From: Alphaproteobacteria bacterium UBA3002
Lineage (GTDB): Bacteria; Pseudomonadota; Alphaproteobacteria; Rickettsiales; UBA3002
Direction of reading: 5' to 3'
Assembly: GCA_002346425.1 (NCBI GenBank)
Contig: DDZS01000063.1
Coordinates: 1 to 54,142, forward strand
Length of the DNA: 54,142 nucleotides
Each line of letters opens with the position of its first letter. Position 1 is the first letter of the stretch. Below are positions 19,157 through 29,105 of the stretch, one piece after another. The notes under the pieces were generated by a model that saw only the letters and a list, made by a program, of their open reading frames with translations, did not search any database and was not told the origin of the DNA. The translations under genes and the position numbers were made by a program.

Positions 19157-20107
19157 ATGGAAGTAAAGAATCAGAAACCGCGTGAAAATATGCTGCGTAT
19201 CGCCAAAACCGTTTCGGAGGCGCTGCCTTATATTCGGCAATTTGCGGGAGAAACCTTTGTCATTAAATTTGGCGGCCATGCCATGGGCGAAGAAGCGCTG
19301 ACCAAACGGTTTGCGCAGGATATCGTATTGCTGAAAAGCATTGGCGTGAACCCGGTGGTGGTGCATGGCGGCGGGCCGCAAATCGGCAAAATGCTGGAAC
19401 GCCTGAATATTAAAAGCGATTTCATCGATGGCTTGCGCGTCACGGATAAAGACACCGTCGATATCGTAGAAATGGTGTTATCCGGCTCGATCAACAAAGA
19501 AATCGTCTCCGCGATCAATCAGGCGGGCGGGCTGGCTTTAGGCCTATCGGGCAAAGACGGGGGCCTGATCAAAGCACGCAAGCTGAGCCGCACGGTGAAA
19601 GACCCGGATTCCAATATCGAAAAAATCATGGATTTAGGCTTTGTTGGCGAACCCACACACGTCAATCCTATGGTGTTGGAAGATTTGCTGGAATCGAACG
19701 TGATTCCGGTCATCGCGCCGATCGGCATGGGTGAAGACGGCGAGACGTATAACATCAATGCCGATACCGCGGCGGGAGCAATTGCCTCGGCCTTAGGCGC
19801 GTGCAAATTATTAATGCTGACCGATGTGGCGGGCATTCTGAATAAAGACAAAGAGCTGATCAGTGAATTATCGGCTGCCGAAGCGCGCGCGTTGATCTCC
19901 GATGGCACCATCAGCGGCGGCATGATTCCCAAAGTCGAAACCTGCATCGATGCGATTGAACATAGTACCGAAGCCGCGCATATTCTCGATGGGCGCATTC
20001 CGCATGTGCTGCTGGTCGAAATTTTCACGTCGCATGGTGCCTCCACCATGATCAAAAGTGAGAATTACGGGCTGCCAAGCGACCGCGAAGCGTTGCTGCG
20101 ATTCTAA
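19157..20107 (+). CDS. argB: Acetylglutamate kinase
   Basis: [35 protein letters not shown]. Confidence 0.97.
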   Translation: MEVKNQKPRENMLRIAKTVSEALPYIRQFAGETFVIKFGGHAMGEEALTKRFAQDIVLLKSIGVNPVVVHGGGPQIGKMLERLNIKSDFIDGLRVTDKDTVDIVEMVLSGSINKEIVSAINQAGGLALGLSGKDGGLIKARKLSRTVKDPDSNIEKIMDLGFVGEPTHVNPMVLEDLLESNVIPVIAPIGMGEDGETYNINADTAAGAIASALGACKLLMLTDVAGILNKDKELISELSAAEARALISDGTISGGMIPKVETCIDAIEHSTEAAHILDGRIPHVLLVEIFTSHGASTMIKSENYGLPSDREALLRF

Positions 20108-20140
20108 TCTACCCGTTGCTATCTCAGACGTGAATAACGC

Positions 20141-20611
20141 TTATGCGATAATATAGGGTGTAAACTCGGCAACGATATCGCGGTAGAGCTGCTGTTTGAA
20201 CGGCACGATCACATTTGGCACTTCCTGCACATCGAGCCAGCGCCAAGCAGAGAATTCCGGTTCTTCAGTCGCGATATTGATATGGCTGTCATCGGCATTC
20301 AACCGCATCAGAAACCATTTTTGTTCCTGCCCGCGATATTTGCCGCCCCACATTTTGGGGACCAGATCCTCCGGCAAATCGTAATGCAGCCAGCGCGATG
20401 ACTCGGCAAGCACCGTAACGTCGGTAACACCGGTTTCCTCGCGCAATTCGCGGCGTGCAGTAGTTAGCGGATCTTCGCCGGGGTCCATTCCCCCTTGCGG
20501 CATTTGCCAGGCTTCCGATGTGCGATCAATGCGTTGCCCTACGAAAACCTGATTCTGCGCGTTTAACAGCATGACGCCCACGCAGGGGCGATAGGGTAGG
20601 CTGGCGGTCAT
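20141..20611 (-). CDS. rppH: RNA pyrophosphohydrolase
   Basis: YRPCVG, WQMPQGG, Nudix box ELREETG, GQEQKWF; start moved to ATG 20611 overlapping the upstream stop. Confidence 0.95.
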   Translation of the reverse strand: MTASLPYRPCVGVMLLNAQNQVFVGQRIDRTSEAWQMPQGGMDPGEDPLTTARRELREETGVTDVTVLAESSRWLHYDLPEDLVPKMWGGKYRGQEQKWFLMRLNADDSHINIATEEPEFSAWRWLDVQEVPNVIVPFKQQLYRDIVAEFTPYIIA

Positions 20612-21810
20612 TTCCCCTCCGTACAGACCGAAGCGGGGACCAGCGCGATCTGCTGGCGCACCAGCGTGTCGATCCATTCCTGTGCCATGGCTAGCGATAA
20701 CGGTGTTTGGCGCATCAATGCAATCGCGCAGCCATCGGCACTGGCCGCTTCGGCGACCGCTTCGAATTGCGCACGGATAGCATTCGGGGCAAGCTCATCA
20801 TCCACCACGCGGGTCACAATCGCGCGGCGATCCGCACTAAACACCGCTTTCGCCGCGGCATTTAGGGGGGCTTTTGCCACAATCAACCCTAACCCTTGTT
20901 TTTCGGCTTGCTCGCTTAGCCAACGCGCTTGCGCGGGCGTGTCGGAATAGACCTCACCCGGCGGCAATACCAATCCAGCATATCCCGCCGCGGTGGCCAG
21001 CGTGCGATAAAGGCGAGGCAACGCGTCTTCAGGTTGCATATCGCTTAACAGCGCCAGCGGGCCGGGATCGCTCGCGGGGAAATCCGCTGGTTGAGCTGAA
21101 AGTTCCAGCCAGGCTTCGTGCCCCGTATTACGGGCGCTTTCCATCCAGCTTTGAATTTGCGGCGCATAGGGTGATAGAGAAAAACTCACATTCACGGGCA
21201 ATTTAATCGCCTCTTCGCTCAATGCTTTCTGATTGCCTAAACCCATGACAATTAGCGCCACTTTCGGGGTTTTGCCCGAGACCGTATAAGGCCTGCGATA
21301 GGCGCTGAATGGGGTTTGTGTGTAGGATGAGGCGGGAATAACCCCATAATCAGTCTGAGTCAAAAGATCTTGTTGCACAGGCGCCAAACTGGCGCCGGTC
21401 GGCGGTTCCACGCGGATGGTTTCCACCGCGTCATTCTGCGTACCGACCAAGCTTGCAATATCGTCCGCAGGTGTTGGCGCGGGTGTATTGGTCGGCGGTG
21501 TTTCGGTAACGGTTTCTTCCGGCGCGCCCACATCGAATGTCGGCTGATCATTGGCACCCGGGGCAGCTAATGGAGCTTCTGCTGCAGGAGCCGCAGCTTG
21601 CGGTGTATAGGGGTTGCCGGAAACTTGGCCGGTTTGCGGATCGATACTGACGCGCTGGCCATTGGATAAAGCCTCCAGACTCGCATCTTCACCGCTCGTA
21701 AAAAACACTGCCGCAAAGACGATGGTCAGCAGAAGTAATAGCCCGGCGATTGCCGCCAGCACATAAGGAAAACGACGCGGCTGTGCGGCTGCTCCGGCGT
21801 CGTCTTGCAT
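20608..21810 (-). CDS. Divergent polysaccharide deacetylase family protein with TM anchor and Pro/Ala-rich linker
   Basis: LP..VSFSLSPY, GHEAW, DPGPLAL; conserved position after ctpA. Confidence 0.85.
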   Translation of the reverse strand: MQDDAGAAAQPRRFPYVLAAIAGLLLLLTIVFAAVFFTSGEDASLEALSNGQRVSIDPQTGQVSGNPYTPQAAAPAAEAPLAAPGANDQPTFDVGAPEETVTETPPTNTPAPTPADDIASLVGTQNDAVETIRVEPPTGASLAPVQQDLLTQTDYGVIPASSYTQTPFSAYRRPYTVSGKTPKVALIVMGLGNQKALSEEAIKLPVNVSFSLSPYAPQIQSWMESARNTGHEAWLELSAQPADFPASDPGPLALLSDMQPEDALPRLYRTLATAAGYAGLVLPPGEVYSDTPAQARWLSEQAEKQGLGLIVAKAPLNAAAKAVFSADRRAIVTRVVDDELAPNAIRAQFEAVAEAASADGCAIALMRQTPLSLAMAQEWIDTLVRQQIALVPASVCTEGK

Positions 21811-23096
21811 CAGGAAGCCTTTTGCGCCACGACGTTATCGTAAATCGACAGCGCACGAATCAGGTCGATCGCACGTGACAATTGATAATCATTCTCCGCA
21901 CTCAGCTCGGCCTTGCGTTCTTCGCTCAGCTTCTCTTCTTCCTGATCGTTGGTCAGGTGACCGCGGAGCGATGCTTCACTGCGAGAATCTGCTGTATCAA
22001 TCAGTTCCACCTTAGCGGGTTCGACAAGGATATCCGGTTCAATGCCTTTTGCCTGAATCGATACACCCGAGGGGGTGTAATAACGCGCTGTAGTTAAACG
22101 CATCGCCCCAGCATTTTTCAGCGGAATCACCGTTTGAACCGAGCCTTTTCCGAAGCTTTTTGTCCCCAAAATTACCGCGCGCTTATGGTCTTTCAATGCA
22201 CCGGCCACGATTTCGGACGCGGATGCCGAACCCTGATTGATCAACACCACAATCGGCATACCATCGGCAATGTCGCCGGCTTGGGCCGTATAGCGTTTGG
22301 TGTTAATGGGATCGCGTTCGCGGGTGGAAACAATCTCCCCTTGCTCTAAAAATGCGTCCGAGACGGCAATCGCCTGATCCAGCAGACCACCGGGATTGTT
22401 ACGTAAATCCAGCACGATACCCTTCAGCTCGCCACCGATGTCTTTGCGCTGCTTTTCCAGCTCGCGGCGCAATGAATCGTAGGTGTTTTCGGAGAAAGAG
22501 GTGATCCGCAGATAAGCCACATCTTTTTCGGAACGGGAACGCACGGAGCGAATTTTGATGATATCGCGTGTGATGGTGATTTCCATTGGCTCGGTTACGC
22601 CTTCACGCAGCACCGTGATTTTAATATCGGTGCCCGGCTTACCGCGCATTTTTTCCACCGCATCACCCAGAGTCAGCCCCATGACGGCTTCTCCGTCAAT
22701 CTGACTAATGAAATCCCCGGCTTTGACGCCTGCTTCGAAGGCGGGCGTATCATCAATCGGGGAGACAACTTTAACCAAACCATTTTCCATGGTCACTTCG
22801 ATGCCTAGCCCGCCGAATTCGCCGCGGGTTTGCACCTGCATTTCTTTGAAGCTTTTATCGCTTAAATAGCTGGAATGCGGATCGAGCGAGGTCAACATCC
22901 CGTTGATGGCGGATTCGATCAGTTTTTCATCTGCCACTTCTTCGACATAGTCGGCGCGTACACGCTCGAACACATCGCCAAACAGGTTCAGCAGGTCATA
23001 GGTCGACTTAGCCTCCTGCGCTTGCGAGCTTTGCCACGCAAAGCCCCCGGCGGTGAAAATGACTAATGCCGAACAGATTAAAAGCCTACGCATCAT
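21810..23096 (-). CDS. ctpA: Carboxyl-terminal processing protease (S41)
   Basis: LDPHSSY, GEFGGLGIEV, DLRNNPGG, SASASEIVAGAL, FGKGSVQ. Confidence 0.95.
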   Translation of the reverse strand: MMRRLLICSALVIFTAGGFAWQSSQAQEAKSTYDLLNLFGDVFERVRADYVEEVADEKLIESAINGMLTSLDPHSSYLSDKSFKEMQVQTRGEFGGLGIEVTMENGLVKVVSPIDDTPAFEAGVKAGDFISQIDGEAVMGLTLGDAVEKMRGKPGTDIKITVLREGVTEPMEITITRDIIKIRSVRSRSEKDVAYLRITSFSENTYDSLRRELEKQRKDIGGELKGIVLDLRNNPGGLLDQAIAVSDAFLEQGEIVSTRERDPINTKRYTAQAGDIADGMPIVVLINQGSASASEIVAGALKDHKRAVILGTKSFGKGSVQTVIPLKNAGAMRLTTARYYTPSGVSIQAKGIEPDILVEPAKVELIDTADSRSEASLRGHLTNDQEEEKLSEERKAELSAENDYQLSRAIDLIRALSIYDNVVAQKAS

Positions 23097-23115
23097 GATT
23101 CCTTCTCAATCCTTC

Positions 23116-24267
23116 CTAGCGGCTGGCCGCTAACTCTCTGACTTTACGCATCCAAGGCGCGGGGTCAACCGGCTTGCTGCCTTTTCGTAATTCTACATAC
23201 AGCTCACGCGCGTCGGGTGTCTCTCCCATCACACCCAACGTGGCGTCCTGGCGGACGACTTCACCGGGCTCGACGTAAAGCACGTCCATACCCGCCGTCA
23301 CGCTATGCCAGCCATCGTCATGCTGTACGATCACCATATTACCATAATCCATGAAGTCACCTGCAAAAACGATTGTGCCCGGATGCAGGGCTTGCACCAA
23401 AGATTGCGCCGGAGTGACAAGTGTCATGCCGCGTTGTGTTTCGCTGCCGACTTTTTGAGCAAATCGGTATTTTGTTTCACCCTCAGGCAGGGCCAGCGCG
23501 CCTTTGCGACTGGCAAAAGAGGTTTTCGGTGCCGATGCTTTGGGTTTAAACTGCGGCTCTAGTGTTGCAAAAAATTCTTTTTCTTCCGCCAAGCCATCCA
23601 GCAATTCTTTCAGCGATCCGGCACGGTCAGACAAGCGTTCAACTTTCTGATTGGCTTCCGCCTGTTTACTGCCCAGACTGGCATGGAAGGATTGCCGGGC
23701 GGCAAGGGTATCCTTCAACTCACGTTCCTTGCTACGAAAGTTCGCTTGCTGGGTTTTTAACACGGACTCTTCCTCGCGCAGCTTGGTCTGATTGGCGAGC
23801 AGGGCCTTATGCGCCGCCAGAATTTGTGCAAATTCGGCTTCCGACGCGCCATAGGTCACATTCAGGGCGCTAGCGGTTTTTAGTAAGGTTTCCGTATCAT
23901 CCGGTTTGCCCAGCACGTAATGCCGCGGTAGGCGCTGCATGCGAATCATGCCGTATAATAAACTTCCCACGGCATCGCGCTGCGACTCCAGCTCTGCTTC
24001 CTGAATAGCAATTTTCTGTTCTAACGCGGTAATGTTGCCCCGCTGGGTTTGCATGCGTTTATCTAGCTGCTTCATATCCGTTAGCAGGGTCGTGCGCTTA
24101 TTTTCTAACGCGCCTAATTCACTATTAACCCGGCTGATCTGCTCAGAAAGTTCTTTCGCTTTCTGAGAAGTGACTTCTAGTTCTTTCAGCGTGTCCGCCA
24201 GCTTCTCCTGATTATTGGCGACAGCGGGTGTGGCCAGCAGGCAGAGGATGATGCACCAGTTACGCAC
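23116..24267 (-). CDS. envC: Murein hydrolase activator EnvC family (coiled coil + M23-like)
   Basis: Signal peptide, long coiled coil, YGNMVIVQH..., LYVELR..SKPVDP.PW. Confidence 0.85.
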   Translation of the reverse strand: MRNWCIILCLLATPAVANNQEKLADTLKELEVTSQKAKELSEQISRVNSELGALENKRTTLLTDMKQLDKRMQTQRGNITALEQKIAIQEAELESQRDAVGSLLYGMIRMQRLPRHYVLGKPDDTETLLKTASALNVTYGASEAEFAQILAAHKALLANQTKLREEESVLKTQQANFRSKERELKDTLAARQSFHASLGSKQAEANQKVERLSDRAGSLKELLDGLAEEKEFFATLEPQFKPKASAPKTSFASRKGALALPEGETKYRFAQKVGSETQRGMTLVTPAQSLVQALHPGTIVFAGDFMDYGNMVIVQHDDGWHSVTAGMDVLYVEPGEVVRQDATLGVMGETPDARELYVELRKGSKPVDPAPWMRKVRELAASR

Positions 24268-25798
24268 GCAGCGCCTCTATCAAATTCGCGCCGGTCATGG
24301 CTTTGGGTTGTTCCAAGCCCAGGCAAGCGAGCACCGTTGGGGCGACATCAACCAGACTGCCATTGCGGATAGTCATTTCTGGCGGCAGGGCATCGCAGAC
24401 GGCCACAAAAGGGACTTGATTAAGGGTATGCGCCGTATGCGCCTGACGGGTCGTGCCATCGAAAAGTTGTTCGGCGTTACCATGATCGGCGGTGATGAGT
24501 AAGGTTCCGCCCTTGGCTTTTACGGCTTCCCACAGCGCGCCGATACAGGTGTCGACCGCTTCGACTGCTGCTTTAGCCGCCGCCATGTCGCCTGTATGGC
24601 CGACCATATCCGTATTAGCATAATTAACGACGATCAGGTCGAATGTATTCGCGTCTATCGCCGAGACGAGCTGTTCGGTCACTTGCGGCGCGGCCATCTC
24701 GGGCTGTAAATCATAGGTGGCCACTTGCGGTGAGGGAATCAGGATGCGCTCTTCGCCATTGAACACGGCTTCGCGTCCGCCGTTTAAAAAGAAGGTAACA
24801 TGCGCATATTTCTCGGTTTCGGCGATACGTAGCTGACGCAATCCTGCGCGGCTGGCGACTTCGCCCAGCGTGGCGTCCAGACGGTCAGGCGGAAATAGCG
24901 TGGTCAAAAACGGGTTCAGTTTTTCCGAATATTCAACCATGCCCGCTGCATGCGCGAGGTGGACGCGGGTTTCACGCGCGAAACCGTCAAATGCCGGATC
25001 GAGCAAGGCCGTCAGTAGTTGCCGTGCGCGATCGGCGCGAAAACTGGCCATCAAAAGACCGTCGCCTTCTTGGATGCCTAAATAGCCATCGGCAACCATA
25101 GGCATCACAAATTCATCATTTTTGCCAGCGGCATAGGATGCAGAAATCGCGTCAAGCGGGTCACCCATTGGCGCGCCTTTACCAGTAACGATTGCCTCAT
25201 ACGCCAGTGCCACGCGGTCCCAGCGATTGTCGCGGTCCATCGCATAATAGCGTCCGCAGAGTGTCACTAGCCGCACCTGGGGCTGCCCAGTCAGCCAGTC
25301 TTGCAATGTTGTTAGCAATGTTTTGGCACTTTGCGGTGGCGTATCGCGACCATCGAGAAATGCATGGAGGCAGACCGGCACTCCAGCAGCACTTACTGTT
25401 TCCGCCAATGCTAAAATATGCGTGTAATGCGCATGTACCCCCCCATCCGAAAACAGGCCCATCAGATGGCAGCTGCCACCACTTGCTTTCAGAGCATCAA
25501 TATGAGCGAGCAAGGCAGGGTTAGTGGCGAGTTCGCCTTGAGCAATCGCATCATTGATCCGTGGCAAATCCTGCTGAATCACACGGCCCGCGCCGATATG
25601 CATATGGCCGACTTCGGAATTTCCCATTTGCCCTTGTGGCAGGCCGACATGGCCTTCGGACGCTTCAATCAAACCATTTGGATAATTGGCGATAAAATGG
25701 TCCCAATTGGGGGTTTCAGCCTGTGCGATGGCATTATGCTCGGTTCCGGGTTGGTAGCCCCAGCCATCGAGGATGCACAGCACGACGGGTTTGCTCAT
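24260..25798 (-). CDS. gpmI: 2,3-bisphosphoglycerate-independent phosphoglycerate mutase
   Basis: LCILDGWG, MGNSEVGH, GRYYAMDRD, AETEKYAHVT, DMVGHTG, TADHGNAE; start moved to ATG 25798. Confidence 0.97.
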   Translation of the reverse strand: MSKPVVLCILDGWGYQPGTEHNAIAQAETPNWDHFIANYPNGLIEASEGHVGLPQGQMGNSEVGHMHIGAGRVIQQDLPRINDAIAQGELATNPALLAHIDALKASGGSCHLMGLFSDGGVHAHYTHILALAETVSAAGVPVCLHAFLDGRDTPPQSAKTLLTTLQDWLTGQPQVRLVTLCGRYYAMDRDNRWDRVALAYEAIVTGKGAPMGDPLDAISASYAAGKNDEFVMPMVADGYLGIQEGDGLLMASFRADRARQLLTALLDPAFDGFARETRVHLAHAAGMVEYSEKLNPFLTTLFPPDRLDATLGEVASRAGLRQLRIAETEKYAHVTFFLNGGREAVFNGEERILIPSPQVATYDLQPEMAAPQVTEQLVSAIDANTFDLIVVNYANTDMVGHTGDMAAAKAAVEAVDTCIGALWEAVKAKGGTLLITADHGNAEQLFDGTTRQAHTAHTLNQVPFVAVCDALPPEMTIRNGSLVDVAPTVLACLGLEQPKAMTGANLIEALRA

Positions 25799-25823
25799 GC
25801 GCGGAAGTATAACAGAGCGCGCT

Positions 25824-26288
25824 TCAGTGTCCACTATGATACGGGTGGCGGTTAAGAATACTCCATGCCCGGTAGAGTTGTTCGGTGAGCATCACGCGCG
25901 CTAGCATGTGGGGCCAGGTCGCATTCCCAAAGGCGAGAATCAGGTCGGCCTTGCTGCGTACCGCGTCGCTTAAGCCATCGGCGCCCCCAATCAGTAGACC
26001 GACGGATGCGTCGCCCACCTCTTGCCAGCGGCCAAATTGTTCGGCGATGGCTTCGCTGGAGAGATGTTTGCCGCCGGAGTCGCAGGCGATCAGGCGCTGA
26101 CAGTCTGTGGTGGCGTGTAACAATGCATTACTTTCCTGCTCAATCCGTTGCGTCGGAGAGAGTGACGGCTTACCGGCAGGAATTTCTTTGATCTGTAGCG
26201 CCCACGGCAGTTGCTTTTGATATTTAGCGATTAAATCCGCATGTGGCCCGGGTTTGCATTTGCCAACTGCGGCAAGGATAAGTTTCAT
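25824..26288 (-). CDS. rlmH: 23S rRNA pseudouridine-1915 N3-methyltransferase
   Basis: IGGADGL, TWPHMLARVMLTEQLYRA..I...HPYH. Confidence 0.96.
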   Translation of the reverse strand: MKLILAAVGKCKPGPHADLIAKYQKQLPWALQIKEIPAGKPSLSPTQRIEQESNALLHATTDCQRLIACDSGGKHLSSEAIAEQFGRWQEVGDASVGLLIGGADGLSDAVRSKADLILAFGNATWPHMLARVMLTEQLYRAWSILNRHPYHSGH

Positions 26289-26303
26289 GAATACCTAATA
26301 GCG

Positions 26304-26369
26304 GTCATACCGGTGAAGGCCGGTATCCCTTCCATCGTTCGATTAGACCCCGGCCATCGCCGGGATGAC
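26304..26369. repeat. REP-like double palindrome (two inverted GTCAT-type units)
   Basis: GTCATACCGGTGAAGGCCGGTATC ... GACCCCGGCCATCGCCGGGATGAC; each arm is a hairpin and the arms are imperfect inverted copies. Confidence 0.75.
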
Positions 26370-26370
26370 A

Positions 26371-26760
26371 TTAATGCACGACCTCTTGGCTTTTGATCTC
26401 TGTCAGTGTCGGCATCGGAACATTCCACATTTCCTCGATATGGTAATAATCACGCATTTCGGGACGGAATAAGTGGACGATCACATTGCCGGCATCAATC
26501 AGCACCCAGTCATTCGATTCCTGACCTTCGACCGAAAGCGGGGCATTGCCCGAGTCTTTCAGGCGTTCGGCGAGTTTGGAAGCGAGGGCGTTGACGTGAC
26601 GGGCGGAGCGGCCCGAGGCCACCACCATGAAATCGGCAAAACTACTTTTGCCAGCGAGGTCGATGCGAACAATCTCTTCAGCTTTGTCATCATCGAGCGA
26701 TGCGGTAATCAGGTCGCAAAGCGCCTGTGCATCCAGTGCTTTCGTGTAAATAAGAACCAC
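26371..26760 (-). CDS. rsfS: Ribosome silencing factor
   Basis: LDDDKAE, DFMVVASG.S.RHV, DWVLIDAGNVIVHLF..E.R.YY.IE; exact start uncertain. Confidence 0.95.
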   Translation of the reverse strand: MVLIYTKALDAQALCDLITASLDDDKAEEIVRIDLAGKSSFADFMVVASGRSARHVNALASKLAERLKDSGNAPLSVEGQESNDWVLIDAGNVIVHLFRPEMRDYYHIEEMWNVPMPTLTEIKSQEVVH

Positions 26761-26786
26761 TCTCCTTTATCTGATTTACCCTTATA

Positions 26787-27386
26787 TTATGCCATAGAAA
26801 AGGCATCTGCGCCAAGCGAATTCCGTAAATCGGTCGCCGAGAGCGGGTGACGCGGTAGGAACAGGAATTGCCAAGCCGGGGCCTTGTGGGTAACCAGTTC
26901 GGCGCGCTCGGGCAAGCGGGCATGACGATAGCGGGTCGCCGCTTTGCCATGAAGGGCCGTATGCGTGAGCGGTGAACGGTCGCAAATGGCAATCGGCAAC
27001 GCGTCGGCAATCGCCTGCCAGTCGCGCCAGCGGTTAAATTGTTGCCAGTTATCAGCGCCCATCAACCAAACAAAATGTGTCTGCGGATAATGGGCTTTCA
27101 GATAAGCAATCGTGTCGCAGCTATAGAAGAGTTTTGCGCGCTGCTCGATATCACTCACGGCTATCAACGGATGCGGCGCGGTCAGATGTTTGGCAAATTC
27201 CAGCCGCTGCGAGTAGACCGCTAAATCGTCTTTTTTCTTCAATGGGTTCTGCGGGGACACCAGCCAGATGACCTTATCCAGCTGCAGCCGCTTTGCCGCC
27301 TCTAGACTGATATGCACATGGCCCGCATGCGCCGGGTTGAACGACCCGCCTAGCAGGCCGATACGTTGCCCGGCAGTAACGATCAA
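26787..27386 (-). CDS. nadD: Nicotinate-nucleotide adenylyltransferase
   Basis: GGSFNPAHAGH, WLVSPQNPLK, WLMGADN, SAT; TTG start overlapping proA stop. Confidence 0.95.
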   Translation of the reverse strand: MIVTAGQRIGLLGGSFNPAHAGHVHISLEAAKRLQLDKVIWLVSPQNPLKKKDDLAVYSQRLEFAKHLTAPHPLIAVSDIEQRAKLFYSCDTIAYLKAHYPQTHFVWLMGADNWQQFNRWRDWQAIADALPIAICDRSPLTHTALHGKAATRYRHARLPERAELVTHKAPAWQFLFLPRHPLSATDLRNSLGADAFSMA

Positions 27387-28645
27387 GCCCGGATTGCTCC
27401 GTCGCTTGAGACCACATATTTATAGGTTGTCAACTCATTGCAACCAACGGGACCGCGGGCATGCAGACGGCCAGTGGAAATGCCGATCTCTGCGCCCATC
27501 CCGAATTCACCACCATCGGCAAATTGCGTCGAGCTATTGAGCATGATGATGGCCGAATCGACGGCTGCGGCATATTGGTCGAGGGCGGTTTTATCTTCGG
27601 CGACGATGCCATCGGTATGATGCGAGCTATACTGGTTCACATGCTCAATGGCTTCGTCTAAGCCGTTGACCACTTTGACCGAGCAGATTTTGTCGAGATA
27701 TTCGGTGCCCCAATCCGCGTCGGTGGCGGCTTCGATCCGGCTGTCAATCGCCTGGGCTTTGGCATCGCCTTTAACCACACAGTCGCGAGCGCTGAGTGCG
27801 TCGACAATCGCGGGGAGCATATCGGCGGCAACCGCTTCGTCGATCACCAGCGATTCCATCGCCCCGCAAATACCGGTGCGGCGGAGTTTGGCGTTTTCAA
27901 CGATGCGCACGGCTTTGTCTTTGTCGGCGCTCTGATGCACGTAGACATGACAGTTGCCATCCAAATGTTGCAGCGTTGGGATGCGTGATTCTTCGGCGAT
28001 GCGCTTTGTCAGCGACAGGCCGCCACGCGGCACGATGATGTCGATCAGGCCAGTGAGTTTCAGCATTTCGCCAACCGCCTCACGTTCGCGCGTCGGAATC
28101 AGTTGAATCGCCTCTTTGGGCAGGCCCGCTTCTTCCAAACCTTTATGCAGGCAATCCACGATTGCCGAAGACGAATGCAGGCTTTCCGACCCGCCGCGTA
28201 GGATACAGGCATTGCCCGCTTTTAGGCATAATGCCCCCGCATCAGCCGTCACATTGGGACGAGATTCGTAAATAATCCCGATAACACCCAAGGGTACGCT
28301 GACTTTGCGAATGTCTAGGCCGTTATTATTGCCTTCCCATGCATCGAGTGGGCGCCCTACCGGCTCTTTTAACTTCGCAATGGCTTCCAACCCGGACGCA
28401 ATCGCGTCGATGCGTTGTTCGTCCAGCACCAGACGGTCAATCATCGCCTCGCTGATGCCTTTATCTTTCCCAAATTGTACGTCCTTGGCATTGGCTTCTA
28501 ACAGCGCCGGAATGCTCGCACGTAAATGTTTCGCCGCTGCATTCAGCGCCTGATTCTTTTGTTCGCTTGAGGCTTGGGCCAGCACGCGATACGCTTTGCG
28601 CGCCGCTTCGCCCATTTGTTTCATCTGTGTCGCTATCTCACTCAT
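27383..28645 (-). CDS. proA: Gamma-glutamyl phosphate reductase
   Basis: VPLGVIGIIYESRPNVT, PRGG, GNCHVY, GICGAME, FADGGEFGMGAEIGIST. Confidence 0.97.
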   Translation of the reverse strand: MSEIATQMKQMGEAARKAYRVLAQASSEQKNQALNAAAKHLRASIPALLEANAKDVQFGKDKGISEAMIDRLVLDEQRIDAIASGLEAIAKLKEPVGRPLDAWEGNNNGLDIRKVSVPLGVIGIIYESRPNVTADAGALCLKAGNACILRGGSESLHSSSAIVDCLHKGLEEAGLPKEAIQLIPTREREAVGEMLKLTGLIDIIVPRGGLSLTKRIAEESRIPTLQHLDGNCHVYVHQSADKDKAVRIVENAKLRRTGICGAMESLVIDEAVAADMLPAIVDALSARDCVVKGDAKAQAIDSRIEAATDADWGTEYLDKICSVKVVNGLDEAIEHVNQYSSHHTDGIVAEDKTALDQYAAAVDSAIIMLNSSTQFADGGEFGMGAEIGISTGRLHARGPVGCNELTTYKYVVSSDGAIRA

Positions 28646-29094
28646 ACGCGTCCTTCCCATACTTGTGTGTAGGCGAGGAAATCATGCACCCCGCGCTTCT
28701 TTTCTGTCAGTAACATGGGTAAAAACCACAGGATATGCAACCATGTGATAAGGGAAAGCGTCGCCATATCGCTGAGACTCGCATAGACTGGCAGGTTGGG
28801 GATGAAAAAACTGAAGAATCGCAGGCTGGCACCCTCATAGGTTAGCGGATCGCCGCCAATATCGGTAACATAAACGCCCATGATGCGCTTGCCTGGCGTT
28901 GCCTGCCATTGGCCCCCGATGAAATACACATAATAGGCGATGTTTAGTATCAACGCGGCAATGGTGCCCAAACCTTCCTGCGAACCGAATAGCGCGTCGA
29001 GCACCAACACAGCGGGCATCAACAGCAAAGCATCGATGATCTGGGCTAGAAAACGGGCGCCAATAGGGCCGGGAGTGGTCATGGACGCCATCAT
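28642..29094 (-). CDS. RDD family membrane protein
   Basis: ARFLAQIID, QATPGKRIMG, RGVHDFLAYT. Confidence 0.88.
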   Translation of the reverse strand: MMASMTTPGPIGARFLAQIIDALLLMPAVLVLDALFGSQEGLGTIAALILNIAYYVYFIGGQWQATPGKRIMGVYVTDIGGDPLTYEGASLRFFSFFIPNLPVYASLSDMATLSLITWLHILWFLPMLLTEKKRGVHDFLAYTQVWEGRV

Positions 29095-29105
29095 GCCATC
29101 CGGTG

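Noticed and set aside
23116-23500. M23 domain of EnvC lacking zinc ligands as another pseudo-enzyme
   Set aside because: EnvC is an established catalytically inactive amidase activator; not novel
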